The notes beneath the pieces were generated by a model. The model was not told the origin of the DNA, ran no database searches, and saw nothing but the letters and a program-made list of their open reading frames with translations. From Podarcis vaucheri (Eukaryota), in NCBI GenBank assembly GCA_965113315.1, contig OZ220363.1: a stretch of 64,000 nt of DNA. One strand, written 5' to 3'. The first letter of the stretch is position 1. Each line of letters starts with the position of its first letter. Below are positions 10,085-23,000 of the stretch, one piece after another. Position numbers and translations under genes: made by a program.

Positions 10085-13000
10085 ATGTCCTCCTCCGGCG
10101 GCGGCCTGGCCGGGGAGGGGGAGTCCCGTGGCGGGCCCGGCCCGGCTCCTCCGCGCTCCCTCCCCCCCGCCCGCCCGCCCCGCTGGGCCGGGGCCAGTCT
10201 GGCCGGGGCGGCGGCGGCGGCGCTGCTCCTCCTCCTCCTGCTGGGCGCCTCCGTCCACAAGGTGCAGGAGGGCCACCTGGCCGTCTATTACAGGTGAGGG
10301 GAGACCCCAGCAGGGACCCCCCCCCCGACCCGACCCGGACCCCCCTCCGGCCTCTCCGCTCAGCCCCCCCTCTCTCTCTCTCCCCCCCAGGGGCGGGGCG
10401 CTGCTGGCCACCCTCAGCGGCCCGGGCTTCCACCTCATGCTGCCCTTCGTCACCACGCCCAGAGCCGTCCAGGTCGGTATCTCCCCGGGGAAGCCGGGCC
10501 GGGCGGGGAAAGGGGCGGGCTCTGCTTCTGGGCTTGGCCGGGACCCCCTCCGCCCCCGCCCCCCCCCCGGGCTGCTCAGTCTCGCTTCTCTTTCAGACCA
10601 CGCTGCAAACGGACGAGGTGAAGAACGTGCCTTGCGGGACCAGGTGGGTGGCCGGGGGGCGGGCGGGCTGCGCCGGGAGGAGCGCCTTGGGCTGGGTGCG
10701 GGGGGGCCAGGGCGGCAGTTTCTGGGCTGGAAGCACCCAGCCCCCCGCCAGGGGCTCTGCTGCTTGGCTGCTCAGTGAGATGTGTGGCGCAGGATGCTGC
10801 CAGGGCTCCAAGGCAGTTTGCTTAATGGAAGCCGCAAGCAGCCCACAGGCTCCCCTTGGGCAAGCTGCTCTCTTGTGGGGCTGCTGGCCTTTCTCTTGCG
10901 GGGGGGGGGGGCTAGGCAGGTGTATGGGAGGCGCCCCAGCTGGCTCTTGGCAGCTGCTGGACGCAGCCAGGCTACCTGGTTCTCTTTCAGTTGTAGCAGT
11001 GGGAAGGCAAAGCAGGGAGCTGGGGCTGCCTCTAGAGTCCTGTGTTGCTTCCTCTTCATTTTCTCTTGCATGTTGCTCAGTAGAGGTGTAGCTTAACTTT
11101 CAGTCTGGGCCAATAGCAGTGCAATAACCGTGGGACCTGCGTCTGTTCCAAGTCACTTGGCCGGCGGCTTCATTGCCACCCGCTCCGTGACACAGGCTGT
11201 GAGGAACCGCAAAGGCTGTTGTCGTCATTGGCTCTGGCGGGAGTTTGTGTTGTGGAGGGAAGTGCTGCTGGTGCAGCAGCCCAGCTGGGCGGTCTGTGCC
11301 ACTTGCTCCTGGGCCCATTGTTGAGGGCCAAAGGTTATCTGGGGTCTCCTGGTTCTAACCCTGAGATGAGAGCAGGAAGCTGCCTCAGACCAGCCCCCTG
11401 CCCACCCCCGGCTCTCTTGCACTTAACCTCTGTGCACGCTGTCTCTGCCTCTCTCCCTCTTGGTGCAGAGAAAGGCTGCAGGAAACTGAGTTTGCCCCAA
11501 GGGGTGGCAATAGCTCATCTTCCTCCTTTTTTCCTTGCAGTGGAGGCGTCATGATCTACATTGATCGGATAGAGGTGGTGAACATGTTGGCTCCACATGC
11601 AGGTATGGCTCCTTTCCCTGTGCCTGAAAGCGAATCCTGGAGGAAGGAGAGAAGCAGAGCCCCTCGGAGACAGGGGCGGGTGGGCTCACCAGCAGCAAGA
11701 GCGGAGGGAGGGGGAGGGTTGGTGGGCAGGGAAAGGGGCTTGAGGAGGGAAGTTGGAGGAGCTCATGTTGCTGAAAAGGAGGGTTTCCTGTTGACTGTTC
11801 CTGACTTTTGATGTTGGCTCAGTAAGGATTGCTAGGTTGGTGGAAAACAGCCAGGGGTGGGTCCGGATTCTGATGCTCTTCAGTGTTGTTATTGGTGACT
11901 GGCATGAGCGAGACTTACACCCTCTGAAGGAACTGATTTTGGTCCAGCCGAAAAGGCTAAATTGCTTCTGAATCTGTCAGAGTCAAAGGCGTGTTTGTCT
12001 GTGTGGGGCAGGCAGGCAGACTCTCCTTGGGCACCTGCAGGGGCGGCAGTGGGCAGAGCTGTTCTGGTGGGGGGAGTGGCTGGGGCGGCAGGAGGAGGGG
12101 GAAGAGAAGGGAAGTGGGGTCCGGAAGGGCACCAGCTGGAAAAGGAGCGCAGGACAGGGCTTCTTGGGGTTGGCAGAGGGTGAGCTCTGAGAAGAAGCTT
12201 CGCAGCTGGGCTTCTAGGAAAAAGCAGAGACTGACTCCCGCTGTGGCCTGGCTCTCACCACAGTCCCTGCGAGGCTTTGGAGGATGTTGGGAACTGCTGC
12301 TCACTGGACTTGTAAAGGTGGACTTCTTTATAGAAGCCTTCAGTTGCAGTTGACATAGGAAGAAAAATATTATCAGTCTCCCGTAACATCACATTGTAAT
12401 GTTTTCATTAGAGCTGCTCACTTTGGAACTGCTGAGTAAAAATTAGGACGTTTGCTCATTAGGCCACTGCCATCTTTTTGGGGCGGCAGCCTTAAGCACA
12501 CTTTCTTGCAAGTAAATCACACTAAAACCAGTTGGACTTCCTTCTGAGTAAATATAGCTAGGATCCGGCTTCCGATGTGTGGACAATCTTTTATACTTAC
12601 AAGTCATATTCAGTTGTTAGATAGAAATTGTGATTAATTCAGAGAAATAGCTCCTATGTGTTCAAGAAACTCTGAGCACCAGCATCTTGAATTTGCCTGA
12701 CAGGTGCGAGAGCACCAATGGCATCAGAGTGCCTTTCCGGTGACACTTCTGCTGTTCCTTTTCTTAGTATACGATGTTGTGAAGAACTACACTGCAGATT
12801 ATGACAAGACCCTCATTTTCAACAAAGTCCATCATGAGCTCAACCAGTTCTGCAGTGCCCACACCCTCCAGGAGGTCTACATTGAGCTCTTTGGTAAGCA
12901 GGTGACGGGGGGGGGGGGGCGGCTAGCTTTTGCTGGTACCATTTCCCCAAAGCACATCCAGTGAATTGGAAATGGAGCAAGGATGTTTACACAGTTCCAT

Positions 13001-16000
13001 CCCTCCTCTTCTGGGACGGCATGGAAGAGGAAGCCCATAGATATCTTGTGCCTCTTGCTCGGTCAGGACTTCGTCCTCCAGCTCTCACCTGATGATGATG
13101 ATGATGATATTTTCTCATATATACACCACCCATCTGGTTGGATTTCCCCAGTCACTCTGGGCAGCTTACAACATACCTAAAAATAATAAAAAGATCATTC
13201 CTTAAAAACTTCACTTAACAGTGCTGCCTTCAGATGTCTTCTAAAAATCAGATAGTTGTTTATTTCATTGACTTCTGGAGGGAAGGTGTTCCACAGGGAG
13301 GGCACCACTACCGAGAAGGTCCTCTGCCTGATTCCCTGTAACTTCGCTTCTTGCAGTGAGGGAACAAGCAGAAGATCCTTGGAGGAGGACCTTAGTGTCC
13401 GTGCTGAGCAATGGGGGTGGAGGCGCTCCTTTGGGTATACTGGACCGAGGCCGTTTAGGGCTTTAAAGGTCAGCACCAACACTTTGAATTGTGCTTGGAA
13501 ACGTCTTGGGAGCCAATGAAAGTCTTTCAGGACCAGTGTTATGTGGTCTCGGCAGCCACTCCTAGTCCCCAGTCTAGCTGCCACATTCTGGATTAATTGT
13601 AATTTCCGGGTCACCTTCAAAGGTAGCCCCACGTAGAGCGCATTGTAGTAGTCCAAGCAGGAGATAACCAGAGCATGCACCACTGGTGAGACAGTCTGCG
13701 GGCAGGGAGGGTCTCAGCCTGCATACCAGATGGAGCTGGTAGACATCTGCCCTGGATACAGAATTGACCTGCGCCTCCATGGACAGCTGTGAGTCCAAAA
13801 TGATTCCCAGGCTGCGCACCTGGTCCTTCAGGGGCACAGTTACCCCATTCAAGACCAGGGAGTCCCCCACCCCCGCCCACCCCCTGTCCTCCAAGAACAG
13901 TACTTCTGTCTTGTCGCGGTTCAACCATCCGCCAGCTGCCTCCAGACACTCACACAGGACCTTCACCGCCCTGTTTCTGATTTGAAGGAGAGGTAGAGCT
14001 GGGTCTTCCTGGTCCTCCTGAGGTGCTGGAACAGGAGGAATGCAGGGGCCTTTTATGTTGTTGGACCTGCTCCCATTTCAGAATCTGCCCTCCTGTTTCC
14101 TTAGATGTCTGGCAGGCAGGGTGAGAGGCTGCCTGACCAGACTGGGATGGAGTGCTTGGGGAATTTGGGATTTCTGAAGGAGGAAGAATATTTTTAGGAG
14201 AGAGATGCAGCTGGCAGCTGGGCATTGTGTAGAGACCCCCACAGAGTTTCAAGTATTCTGCTTCACATTAAGCACCACAGAATTACTCTTGGTAGTGAGA
14301 ACAATATTTATTATGGCATCCTGATATTTTGCCAGCTGTTCTTGGGCTTGTCTGGCAGATCCGTTTCTCTGCTTTTGGGAATCTTTGACTGGGTTGCCTG
14401 AGGGCCCCGTCCACAGCTGGGCAGTTGGCAGGGCAGTCTGGTGTCTTTGTTGACTCTTGCCTGTGGTTGGCACAGGGGGTGCATGTGGTTCAGTGGCGCA
14501 GCATCTGCGGTGCATGCAGAATTCCTGTGGGTCAAGTCCTGGCAGTGTTCCCAGGTGAGACTGACCTGAAGCCATTGTGGCTGGTCAGTGCAGGGCAGCA
14601 CAGAGCCAGCTGGAGAAATGCTGGGACTCTTGGGTAGCGGACTCTCTTTGGCTGATGCTGCCTCTCATCTTTTCTCCCCCTAATCCTAGATCAAATAGAT
14701 GAAAATCTGAAGTTGGCCCTGCAGCAGGATCTGAATGCCATGGCTCCAGGTCTCACCATCCAGGTAATGCCCCCCCCTTCCCTTTTTAGCTTTGGTTTTT
14801 TCCCTTTCCTGGATCTTGGTGGATTTAGGACTAGCCCACTTCTCTGCGTGGGGATGCAGGTTGAGGAGGGAGAGCTTCCCTCTGTCGAAAGTGGAAACTT
14901 GCCATATTGAATCATAGAATCATAGAATCATAGAGTTGGAAGAGACCACAAGGGCCATCGAGTCCAACCCCCTGCCAAGCAGGAAACACCTGCTGGCTGG
15001 GGGGTCCAGTCCAGCAGGACGGGCCCAGATGCAGGGGCCGCTTCCTTTCTCTGCAGCAGAGGAGCTTGCACTTGGGGGGCAGCTGCAGTCTTATGAGGTC
15101 TGCTGGCTTTTGTGTGTGTGCAGGCAGTGCGTGTGACGAAGCCCAAGATCCCAGAAGCCATCCGAAGAGATTTTGAACTTGTGTGAGTATTTGCTGAGAG
15201 CATCAGAGAAAGGTCAGGCCAAAGCACAGGGCCAGGGAGGGGCTCTAGGCTGGTGTTTCAGGATTCCCACGGGGGCCAGCCAAACGTCTCTTCTGGGAAG
15301 CCCTGGCAGGCAAGCTGGACCTGAACTCCACCAGTCCACCTCCCCTTGGGCTCCTCAGCCCCTGCTCTCCTGAGGCACCTCCTCCGTCCGGCAATGAAGG
15401 ACAGCCTCCTCCTCCGTGGATTTGTGCCCACCATTTTCTCAGAGGTCTCTCCCCATTCTGTGCAGCTGATGCAAAGGCCAGGGTGGGAGAAGCGCCTCTC
15501 AGGTGGCTTTGCTTGACATCTCCTTCTCAGGGCTTTCAGGCCAGGGCTGCCCTCCAGTTGCCAGGAGAATCAGAGCGGAGTGTCTCTGCTTGCCAGGCCC
15601 CTGCAAAGAGGAAAGGAGCAACCAAGGCTGTTGCTGGATTGCTCTGGGCCATGCCTGAGATTGCTCAGGTCTGGCCCTTCTATGGCGGAGGGGCGGGCAT
15701 GTGAAGAGAGAGATGGTTATTCGGGGGGTTTGGGGCTTCGATTCTGGCATATGGAGAAGTAGCTGGCCGTCAGTTGGACTGCTGTAAACTAGCAGAAGAT
15801 GGCAGGAGTTGGAGGCCACCGGTGGTGCCTGGAGGTACTGGGCAGAGCAGGCCGAGAGACGTGGCTGGAAGGCTGAAGGAAAAACATCTCGGGCAGCTCA
15901 TTAACTCTTCAGGGCCGGTGACAATCTGAAGTGCAAATGTTTATCTTTTGGGTCCCCCCCCCCAAACACACCATGTATCTGAATGAGAAAACATTCTGTC

Positions 16001-18481
16001 TAGTGAAGGGAAGGGCAAGATCCAGTGCTGGAAAAGGAAACACGTGAGTCCAGAGCAGGGCAAAAGCTGGAGGGGATTTAAAGGCCAAGCTCCTGCTTTG
16101 CGCAGCACCTTGGGATGCAAACAGCAGGGGGGGGGTCAGCCACCCCCTCCCAGGGCCCCTTCCTTCCCAGGGCGGGGCGGGGGGGGCAGCTGGGGCCCCA
16201 CACCAAGGAGGAGCAGGGAAGGACCTTTCCTGTTTTGCCATTCAGGGAAGCAGAGAAGACGAAGCTCCTGATAGCGACCCAGAAGCAGAGAGTGGTGGAG
16301 AAGGAGGCCGAGACGGAGAGGAAAAGGGCCGTCATAGGTAACCAGACTCCCTATGGGAGAGTCTCTCTCCTCCCCCCACCCCCAGTCCCTTATCTTCCCT
16401 TTGGACAGAAAATGGGGGGGGGGGGTGGGAGGCATGTGTGGCACAAAGACCTTAGATTCTAGGCTTCTGGCTGGATCTAGACACATCCCAAAAGCATTTC
16501 AGGAAAATGCATTGCAAACCTCATGAAAAACGGAACTCCACAGTGACATACTTGTTTCATACAATTTATATACCATGTGATTGTTAAAAAACTCTAAAGT
16601 GGTTTATGAAATGCATGAAATGAATAAAGCAGTTAAAGCAGTTAAAAACAGCTATTTAAAACAATTAGATAAGAATTGAAACAAGCAGCAAGCTAAAGAT
16701 GGATAAAACATCTTACATTTTTGGGCAGGCTTGTCTTAAACAAAATATTCTTAGCAGGCGCCAAAAAGGCCACCGTGATGAAGGCACCTGCCTGGTGTCA
16801 ATAAACAGGGAGTTCTGAAGTGTGGAGGCTGCTGCAGTAAAAGATCAATTTCTGGCAAATGCGGAACGAGAATCCTGTGGCAGCTGTGTAGCTCATTGCT
16901 TGACATGGCAAAGAGTTGCTAGGGCCTGGTTGCAAAGACAGCCTGGAGCAAGAGACTCTGGAGAGAGGCCTGTGGCGACCACAACTTCACTTCTGGCAGA
17001 GGCCAGAGGGTCTTCTTTCCCCAGGCCTGGCAGGGCCTTTCTGAGAAGCGGACGTGGCCTATGAGCTCCCAGTGACGGTGTGTCGCAAGCCAGGCTGCGG
17101 GCCCTTTGGGGCTCTTGGTTGCCTGCTGCTAGAGCGCTGTTGCCACGGATTTCCTCTCGGGAGTCCTGGAGCGCTGGCTGTGGGGCTCTGGAGCATTGGC
17201 GCCCTTGGCTGCTGGCGCTGCTGGTGTTTGACTGACTGCTCTCTCCTCACAGAAGCAGAGAAGGCGGCTCAGGTGGCAAAGATTCATTGCCAGCAGAGGG
17301 TCATGGAGACTTTGATGGAGAAGCAAATTTCTGAGCTTGAAGGTAGCTATGCAGCCCTTACCTCTACCTCCTCCCTGCCTGCAAAGCAGAAGCTGTGAGC
17401 CAAATAACCCCGCGTCTCTGGCTGTGCTACCCACAAGCATTTTGCCTGCAGCCAAGCAGAGCACTGGGACTTTGCCTGTCTTCTGGGGACTGAGAAGCCA
17501 AGTCCGGGTGCAGCCTGGGTGTCTGGCCATAGTTGAGCATTGATGCCTTGTGGATGCCACTGGGGGTGGCCCAAGGCAGGGGCTCCTTTGCTCCAGATTC
17601 ACTTGTGTTCACTGGCTCAGATTGCTTGAGCCTGAAAAACAGATCTGCAGAGCCTGCACAAGCCATGTGCCTCATGGAGAGTGAGAAGGGGTGTGTGTGT
17701 GTTTGTGTCTTGTCCCCAAAGCCTTGTGTGCAAAGCATAATCCAGGTCCCCAAAGCCAAGGTGGGCAGGGAGGAGGCAGGCAGAAAAGGGGCTGCTTTCT
17801 GCTCTGGTGAATCCTCTGGACCGTGGGGTTGGGGCTGTTTATTATCTTCATCATGGGTGGAACCAGTGAGAAACCAGCCTGTGCTTGAGTGGGATGTTGC
17901 TTTGCTGTGGGTTTCCAGGGCCGTATCCCCATGGGACACCCTGGTGACCCTCCTTTCTCCTGAGCTGCCTTCCTTGGTCCCTTCCCAGACACGGCTTTCT
18001 TGGCGCGAGAGAAGGCCAAGGCGGACGCCAACTTCTACATGGCCCAGAAAGCAGCTGCCTCGAACAAGGTGGGTGTTGACTCTTGGCTGCCCGTGTGTGT
18101 GCTGGGGAGAAGGAAAAGGATTTTGCCTCAGAAACGCAGAACTCCTGCTCATTTGGAAGGATGGGTGCACTGTGAGTATCCCGCGGATGCTCGTGGCACA
18201 GAAATCCTTGCCTCATTCGTTCTCCTCCTCTCTCCCCCTGCCCTGTGCAGCTGAAACTGACACCTGCCTTCCTGGAGCTGATGAGGGACCAGGCCGTGGC
18301 CTCCAACAGCAAGCTCTACTTTGGCAGCAGCCTCCCCCCCAACCTCTTTCTGGGCTCTTACGCCTTTGAGCCGGCAGAGGCGAGGACTGCTAGAGACAGC
18401 CGTCTCCTCTCCAAAGCAGGGAAGCTGCGCCTCCAGCACGGGGGAGGCGGGGCCAGCTCTGCCACGGCAGCCGCCACTTGA
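10085..18481 (+). CDS. ERLIN1: Erlin-1 (ER lipid raft SPFH protein), 11 coding exons, 383 aa
   Basis: Exons 10085-10293, 10391-10472, 10597-10643, 11541-11602, 12768-12893, 14690-14763, 15124-15182, 16246-16337, 17253-17342, 17989-18068 and 18251-18481 are all GT-AG and in frame (1152 nt). [11 protein letters not shown] and [15 protein letters not shown] are ERLIN1-type rather than ERLIN2-type. AATAAA at 19340-19345. Confidence 0.95.
13090..14005 (-). mobile_element. L2-clade LINE, 5'-truncated and degenerate
   Basis: RT C-terminal peptides ([27 protein letters not shown]-like, [11 protein letters not shown]) with a microsatellite tail. Intronic in ERLIN1. Confidence 0.85.
14908..14990 (-). 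mobile_element. CR1 LINE extreme 3' end
   Basis: (ATCATAGA)n tail on the plus strand. Near-exact reverse complement of 26970-27048. Confidence 0.75.
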
Positions 18482-20097
18482 TGCCTCTGCTGCACCAGCC
18501 GTCGTGTCTGCTCCGTGGTCTGAAACTGCAACTCACTGGCTGCCTCAGATCTGCCTTATTCAGGGCAGCACAAACCGTCCTTGAAGTTGCGTGGTCCTGC
18601 ACAGCCCAAGGGCCAGCTTTCATGGGAGTTTTATGGCTGCTGCATCTGCCCCACAGAGGAGGGGTGGGGGGGGGAATGCTCTGGAGGAGCCGTTAAGTCC
18701 GTGGAGGGTAGACTCTACCGCAGACCTCCTGTGAGGACAACTTGGACACAGCAAAAGGGGGGGGATCTGATTTTACCACTGGTGCTTGCATGGTCATGGG
18801 CTTTGTTGGAAAGCTGCTCTTTAGCCTCCTTGCAGGGTTTGCTTGTGATGAAGGAGCATCTGTTGTCCTTTTGGAGAGTGTTCCTCACTCAAAACCTTCC
18901 TCCAGGTAGTACTTTCAAGCAGATGGGCTTAGGGTGCAAGCTCCCTTGGGTGTGGGTGTGTTGTGCTGCTTTATCATTGCTTATTTCTCTGTGTCCCCTG
19001 GGTGGGGGCATTGCCCCTCCGCGGAGCCCACCCCACAGCATGGTACTGGATGCTCCTTGCAGAGATGCCCAAAGGCTCAGAGTGTCGTCATTCTGGGGGC
19101 CAATGGCCAGGTTGAATGAACCGCGATGCCAGGGCGTGCGCAGACGTGGGGGCACATTTGTTGGGTTGTAACTGTAAACTGGATTAAACTGGTGGGCAGA
19201 CTTTGCTTCAGAACTTAAAAATGCATTTGTGGAAGGTAAACCTGCTGACTGGAAGTGTTTCCTGGCTTTTTTTGTATGGCTTTTATTTCAAATGAGCGAG
19301 AGAGATATATGCAAAATGTTGAACTTTGGATTAAGGGAAAATAAAGTTATTTTCATAATCTTTTCCTGTGGAGTCTGTATCTGTGCTGCATCTCCTTGAT
19401 GGTTGCCTTCTAGCCTTTAACAAGCTGCTCTTCATCTCACACACACTGCATTTCGCCAGAGCAGATTAGTTTCTCACTCCGCTCCCCCGCAGAAAACTAA
19501 TGGGGGGGGGGTTTGAAGAGTGAGTCTGAAGTGCCAGTTTCTCAGCTCCAAAAAAGGCAGGTTGCAGCAACATTGCCAATGCCGTATGAACAAGCAAGAA
19601 GCTTCCCTCCTTGCGGTTGTGTGTGTGTTGGGGTGTTACAAGGGAGCTTTCAATATATGGTGTGTGTGTCCTCTTTGGCAAGCCCACAACTAAGACAGTC
19701 TAATGGAAAGGAGCCTCTTTCCCAACAGAGCATGTAGGATGCAGTGTGGGTGAACATCCACCCACCCACTGCCCCAAGGTTATGGGGTGGGGCCTTGCTG
19801 TGCCCCCTTCGGCTCCATCACCATCTCATAGGCCTCAACGCCTCCCTCCCGCCACCTGTGTCACATGACAGGACTTCAGGAACTGCTTACAGGAACTTTT
19901 TATGTCAAGTAAAATACACCAAATTGTTCAGCTGCGTTGTAAAAGTAGAAGCATCCAGAAACGCCACAATTCTTTATGGACAAGCAACGGCGGCAGCAGC
20001 GGGAGTGTGTTGCTGCAGCTCTAGGCTACCTACGCAATAAAAGTGCTAAATTTACGTGGGGAGTTCTGGGTGCAGCCCCCGGGGAGAGGGAAGGGGG

Positions 20098-23000
20098 TCA
20101 CTGGGTGGCCACCAGAGGCCTGGGGGGCCCCGCCTGCAGCACGGCCTTCTGGCTCCGCTCGGCAGACATGTGCTCCAGCCGCTCCGTGTAGAAGCCGTTG
20201 AAGTCCAACCTGGGGGCGGAGAGAGAGAGAGAGAGAGGGAGAGGAGGGTGGGAGCAGCACAGGAGCGTGACCAGGAAGTCCCTCTGCCAGAGCAGAAGAG
20301 CAGGGTCTGCAGAGTCCAGCCTCCTCCTTCCTGCCATGACCAAGCAGGCGCCATTCCCTGCACAGCCGCCCTGATGCTGGGAGGAGGACAGAGCCGCCAC
20401 ACGAGCCCCAGGCTCCCTCCAGCTGCCCAAGAGATGCTGCTCCCTGCTCACCTGTAAATGATGTTGATCATGCTGTGCTCACAGTCGTTGGTGCTGTAGA
20501 TGCTCAGCTTGTCCAGCAGGTCCAGCAGGTGGGCTGAGAAATTGCTGTCAAACTTGTTGATTGTGGCCTCGAAGCCAGAGGTGGCCTGCATGGTATCGGC
20601 CTGCTCTGCTGACAGCTGCGGAGGTGGGGGGGGGGAGAGAGTTAAGGCTCACAAGGGAGAAGGGAGGGCAGGCAAGGAAGCGCCCCTGGCCTTGCTGCCA
20701 TGGTTCATCCTGGGGCAGGATTTCCTGGAGAGCACAAGGACTTGGGAAGGAGCCAGATAGTGCTCAGCACCACGAGAGAAGGGCTCTGCCCACACCTGAG
20801 GTGCTTTCCTGAGCGAAGGGCTGGGATCTGCAAATGAAGAGGCACCTCCACCCTCCCCTGAACCCCTACCTTGTTCGCCAGCTGCTTCCGGGTGGATTCC
20901 TCTGTGCGCTCCTGCTCGGTGGGGGGCCCCCTCATGGTCCCGTGCTCCACCGTCGGGCGTCCCGGCTCATTGTCCAGCTTTATACTGTTGGATAATCTCT
21001 GGTGGGTGGGACAAAGGCAGGCATAAGCCCAGAGCACGCTGGCGCACCCAGGGGGTGCCCCTTGCTCCCCGTGGCACAGAGGGACGCAAGAGGAAGCCCA
21101 CCTGCATGCAGTTGGTGAACATGACGCAGACAGACATCATCTTGGAGAAGATCTTCAGCAGCTCTGGGTTGGTGAGCATGCAGTCCTTCAAGCAGTTGTC
21201 CAGGAAGCTGGTGTGGTGGCTCAAGACATCATCAATATTGGAAGCCTGCCCAGAGGAGACAGCAGCCCATCAGAAACGCCCAGCAACGAGGGAATCGGAA
21301 ACAGCCATGGCCAGAAATAGTGCTCTGTTCTTTTGCTACAGTCAACATGCAGAGCTAGCGATGACAAAGCCTTATTTTCAGGGGCTGAGGCAGGTGGCAA
21401 AGGGAGCTCCACCTCACTGTCACATTGGAGGAAAGGGAGCACTAGAAGCCAAAACGTGGCCAAGGGGGTTTCTGGGCCAGAGGCCTCCTGTGAGCAGCTG
21501 CTTCAGGCTCTCTGGCACAGCAGAAAGCTCCTTACCAGCCAGAACCTTGCTTTCCCAAAAGAGCCTGACACCCTTCCAACTCACAAATGAAGCCCCTGTT
21601 TCAGCGGAAAAAGAAGAAAGCCCCTTGGGAACAGAGGCCCCACCCAGCCCCACCACTGGGGGGCGAAAGGAGGACTCGGGGGGCCTTGTGTGGCCCACAG
21701 AGGCTCTGAGAGCCACTGGCCCAAAACTGACCGACTTCAGGTTCTTCTCCAGGATGTGCCAAGTTGGCTCCATCACTTCGAACATCATGTAGTACTGGAT
21801 ATTCTGCACAAAGTTGAGCATCCGTTGGCGGAGAGTGAAGGCGCCAGCAAACCTGGGAACGAGAGAGGGAGGAGTCTGGAGGGGTAGATGGGAGGGGAGC
21901 CCCTGTGGGGCTGCAGGATGCTGCCCAGAAGCCCAGGAAGGAGCCCAAACCAGTGCCAGGCAGGAGGAGCCCTGCAATTGGGGGGGGGGGGGGAGAGGAG
22001 AGGAAGGCAGCAAGGAGAAGAGACACCCCCCCCCGCAGCCAGTTCTGACTACCAAGGTCTTTGCCCCTTGAGTGGCTTCTGAAGCCTCAGTGCCCCCTTC
22101 CAGAATCTGAAGGGGGAGCTCCCAGGGTCAGAGGACTTGCAGGGAGAGACCCTCTTGCTGCCAGGGGACCCAGCAGCCCAATGCCCTCCCATTGGCCTCA
22201 TCCATCCAAGAGGGTGTTCATTCTGCAGAAAGCAGGAAGGCCCAGGAAGCGGCCACAGCTCAGTGGGCTGAGCACCCACGGCACATGTGGAGGGGCCAGG
22301 CTCCGCTCTAGGCCTCTGCCTTCAGAGACTCTGCTGGCGACTGGGCCTGCTTGGCTCTGGGAAAGCTCACCATTTGGAGGAGTGCAGGGAGCACTGCTTG
22401 GCCGTCTTGCTGCTGATCCAGACGTTGCACAGCTGGCGCTCCACATGTTTGCAATAAAACATGTGCCGGAAGAGCATCTGGTAGCGCGTCAAGGCCTTCC
22501 TAGGAGACGGGGAGAGGCGTGGAGGAGCCGCTGCTTGGCCAGGGCCCGGAGGGGCTAAGGCAGGTTCCCTCAGGGCCAGGGGCCAGCCAGCCCTCTTTCC
22601 TCCAGAGGAGGCCTTCCCAGCACCTCCTTCCCCTCCAGAGTTATGATGCATTGACTGAGGCACATGCACGGAGGGAGGAGGATCAGGATCAGGCCAATGG
22701 CTGGCTGTGCTCTGCCCCCTCTGGATGGAAAGGATGAGCCCCCATCAGCTGAGCTGCTCTGCCTTACCTGTTGATGATCAGCGAGAGAGGCCACTTCACG
22801 ATGTAATCGAAGGAAAAGGCTTCCAGGCCGCTGAGCGAGAGCTCCGTGGGGTCTGCGTGGATGATGGCCTTCTCCTGCTTGGTTTCGATGGCCAGGACTC
22901 TCAGGAGCTGCGTGATGAGATCGTGGGGCATCAAGTCAACCTAGAAAGAGGGGAAAGGGCCGCGAGAGGAAGGAGGCCAGTCAGACACTCAAACTGCCAA

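Noticed and set aside
9316-11091. Long ORFs (591, 484 and 268 aa) over the CWF19L1/ERLIN1 CpG island
   Set aside because: Stop-poor GC-rich sequence. The real coding parts are explained by short spliced exons.
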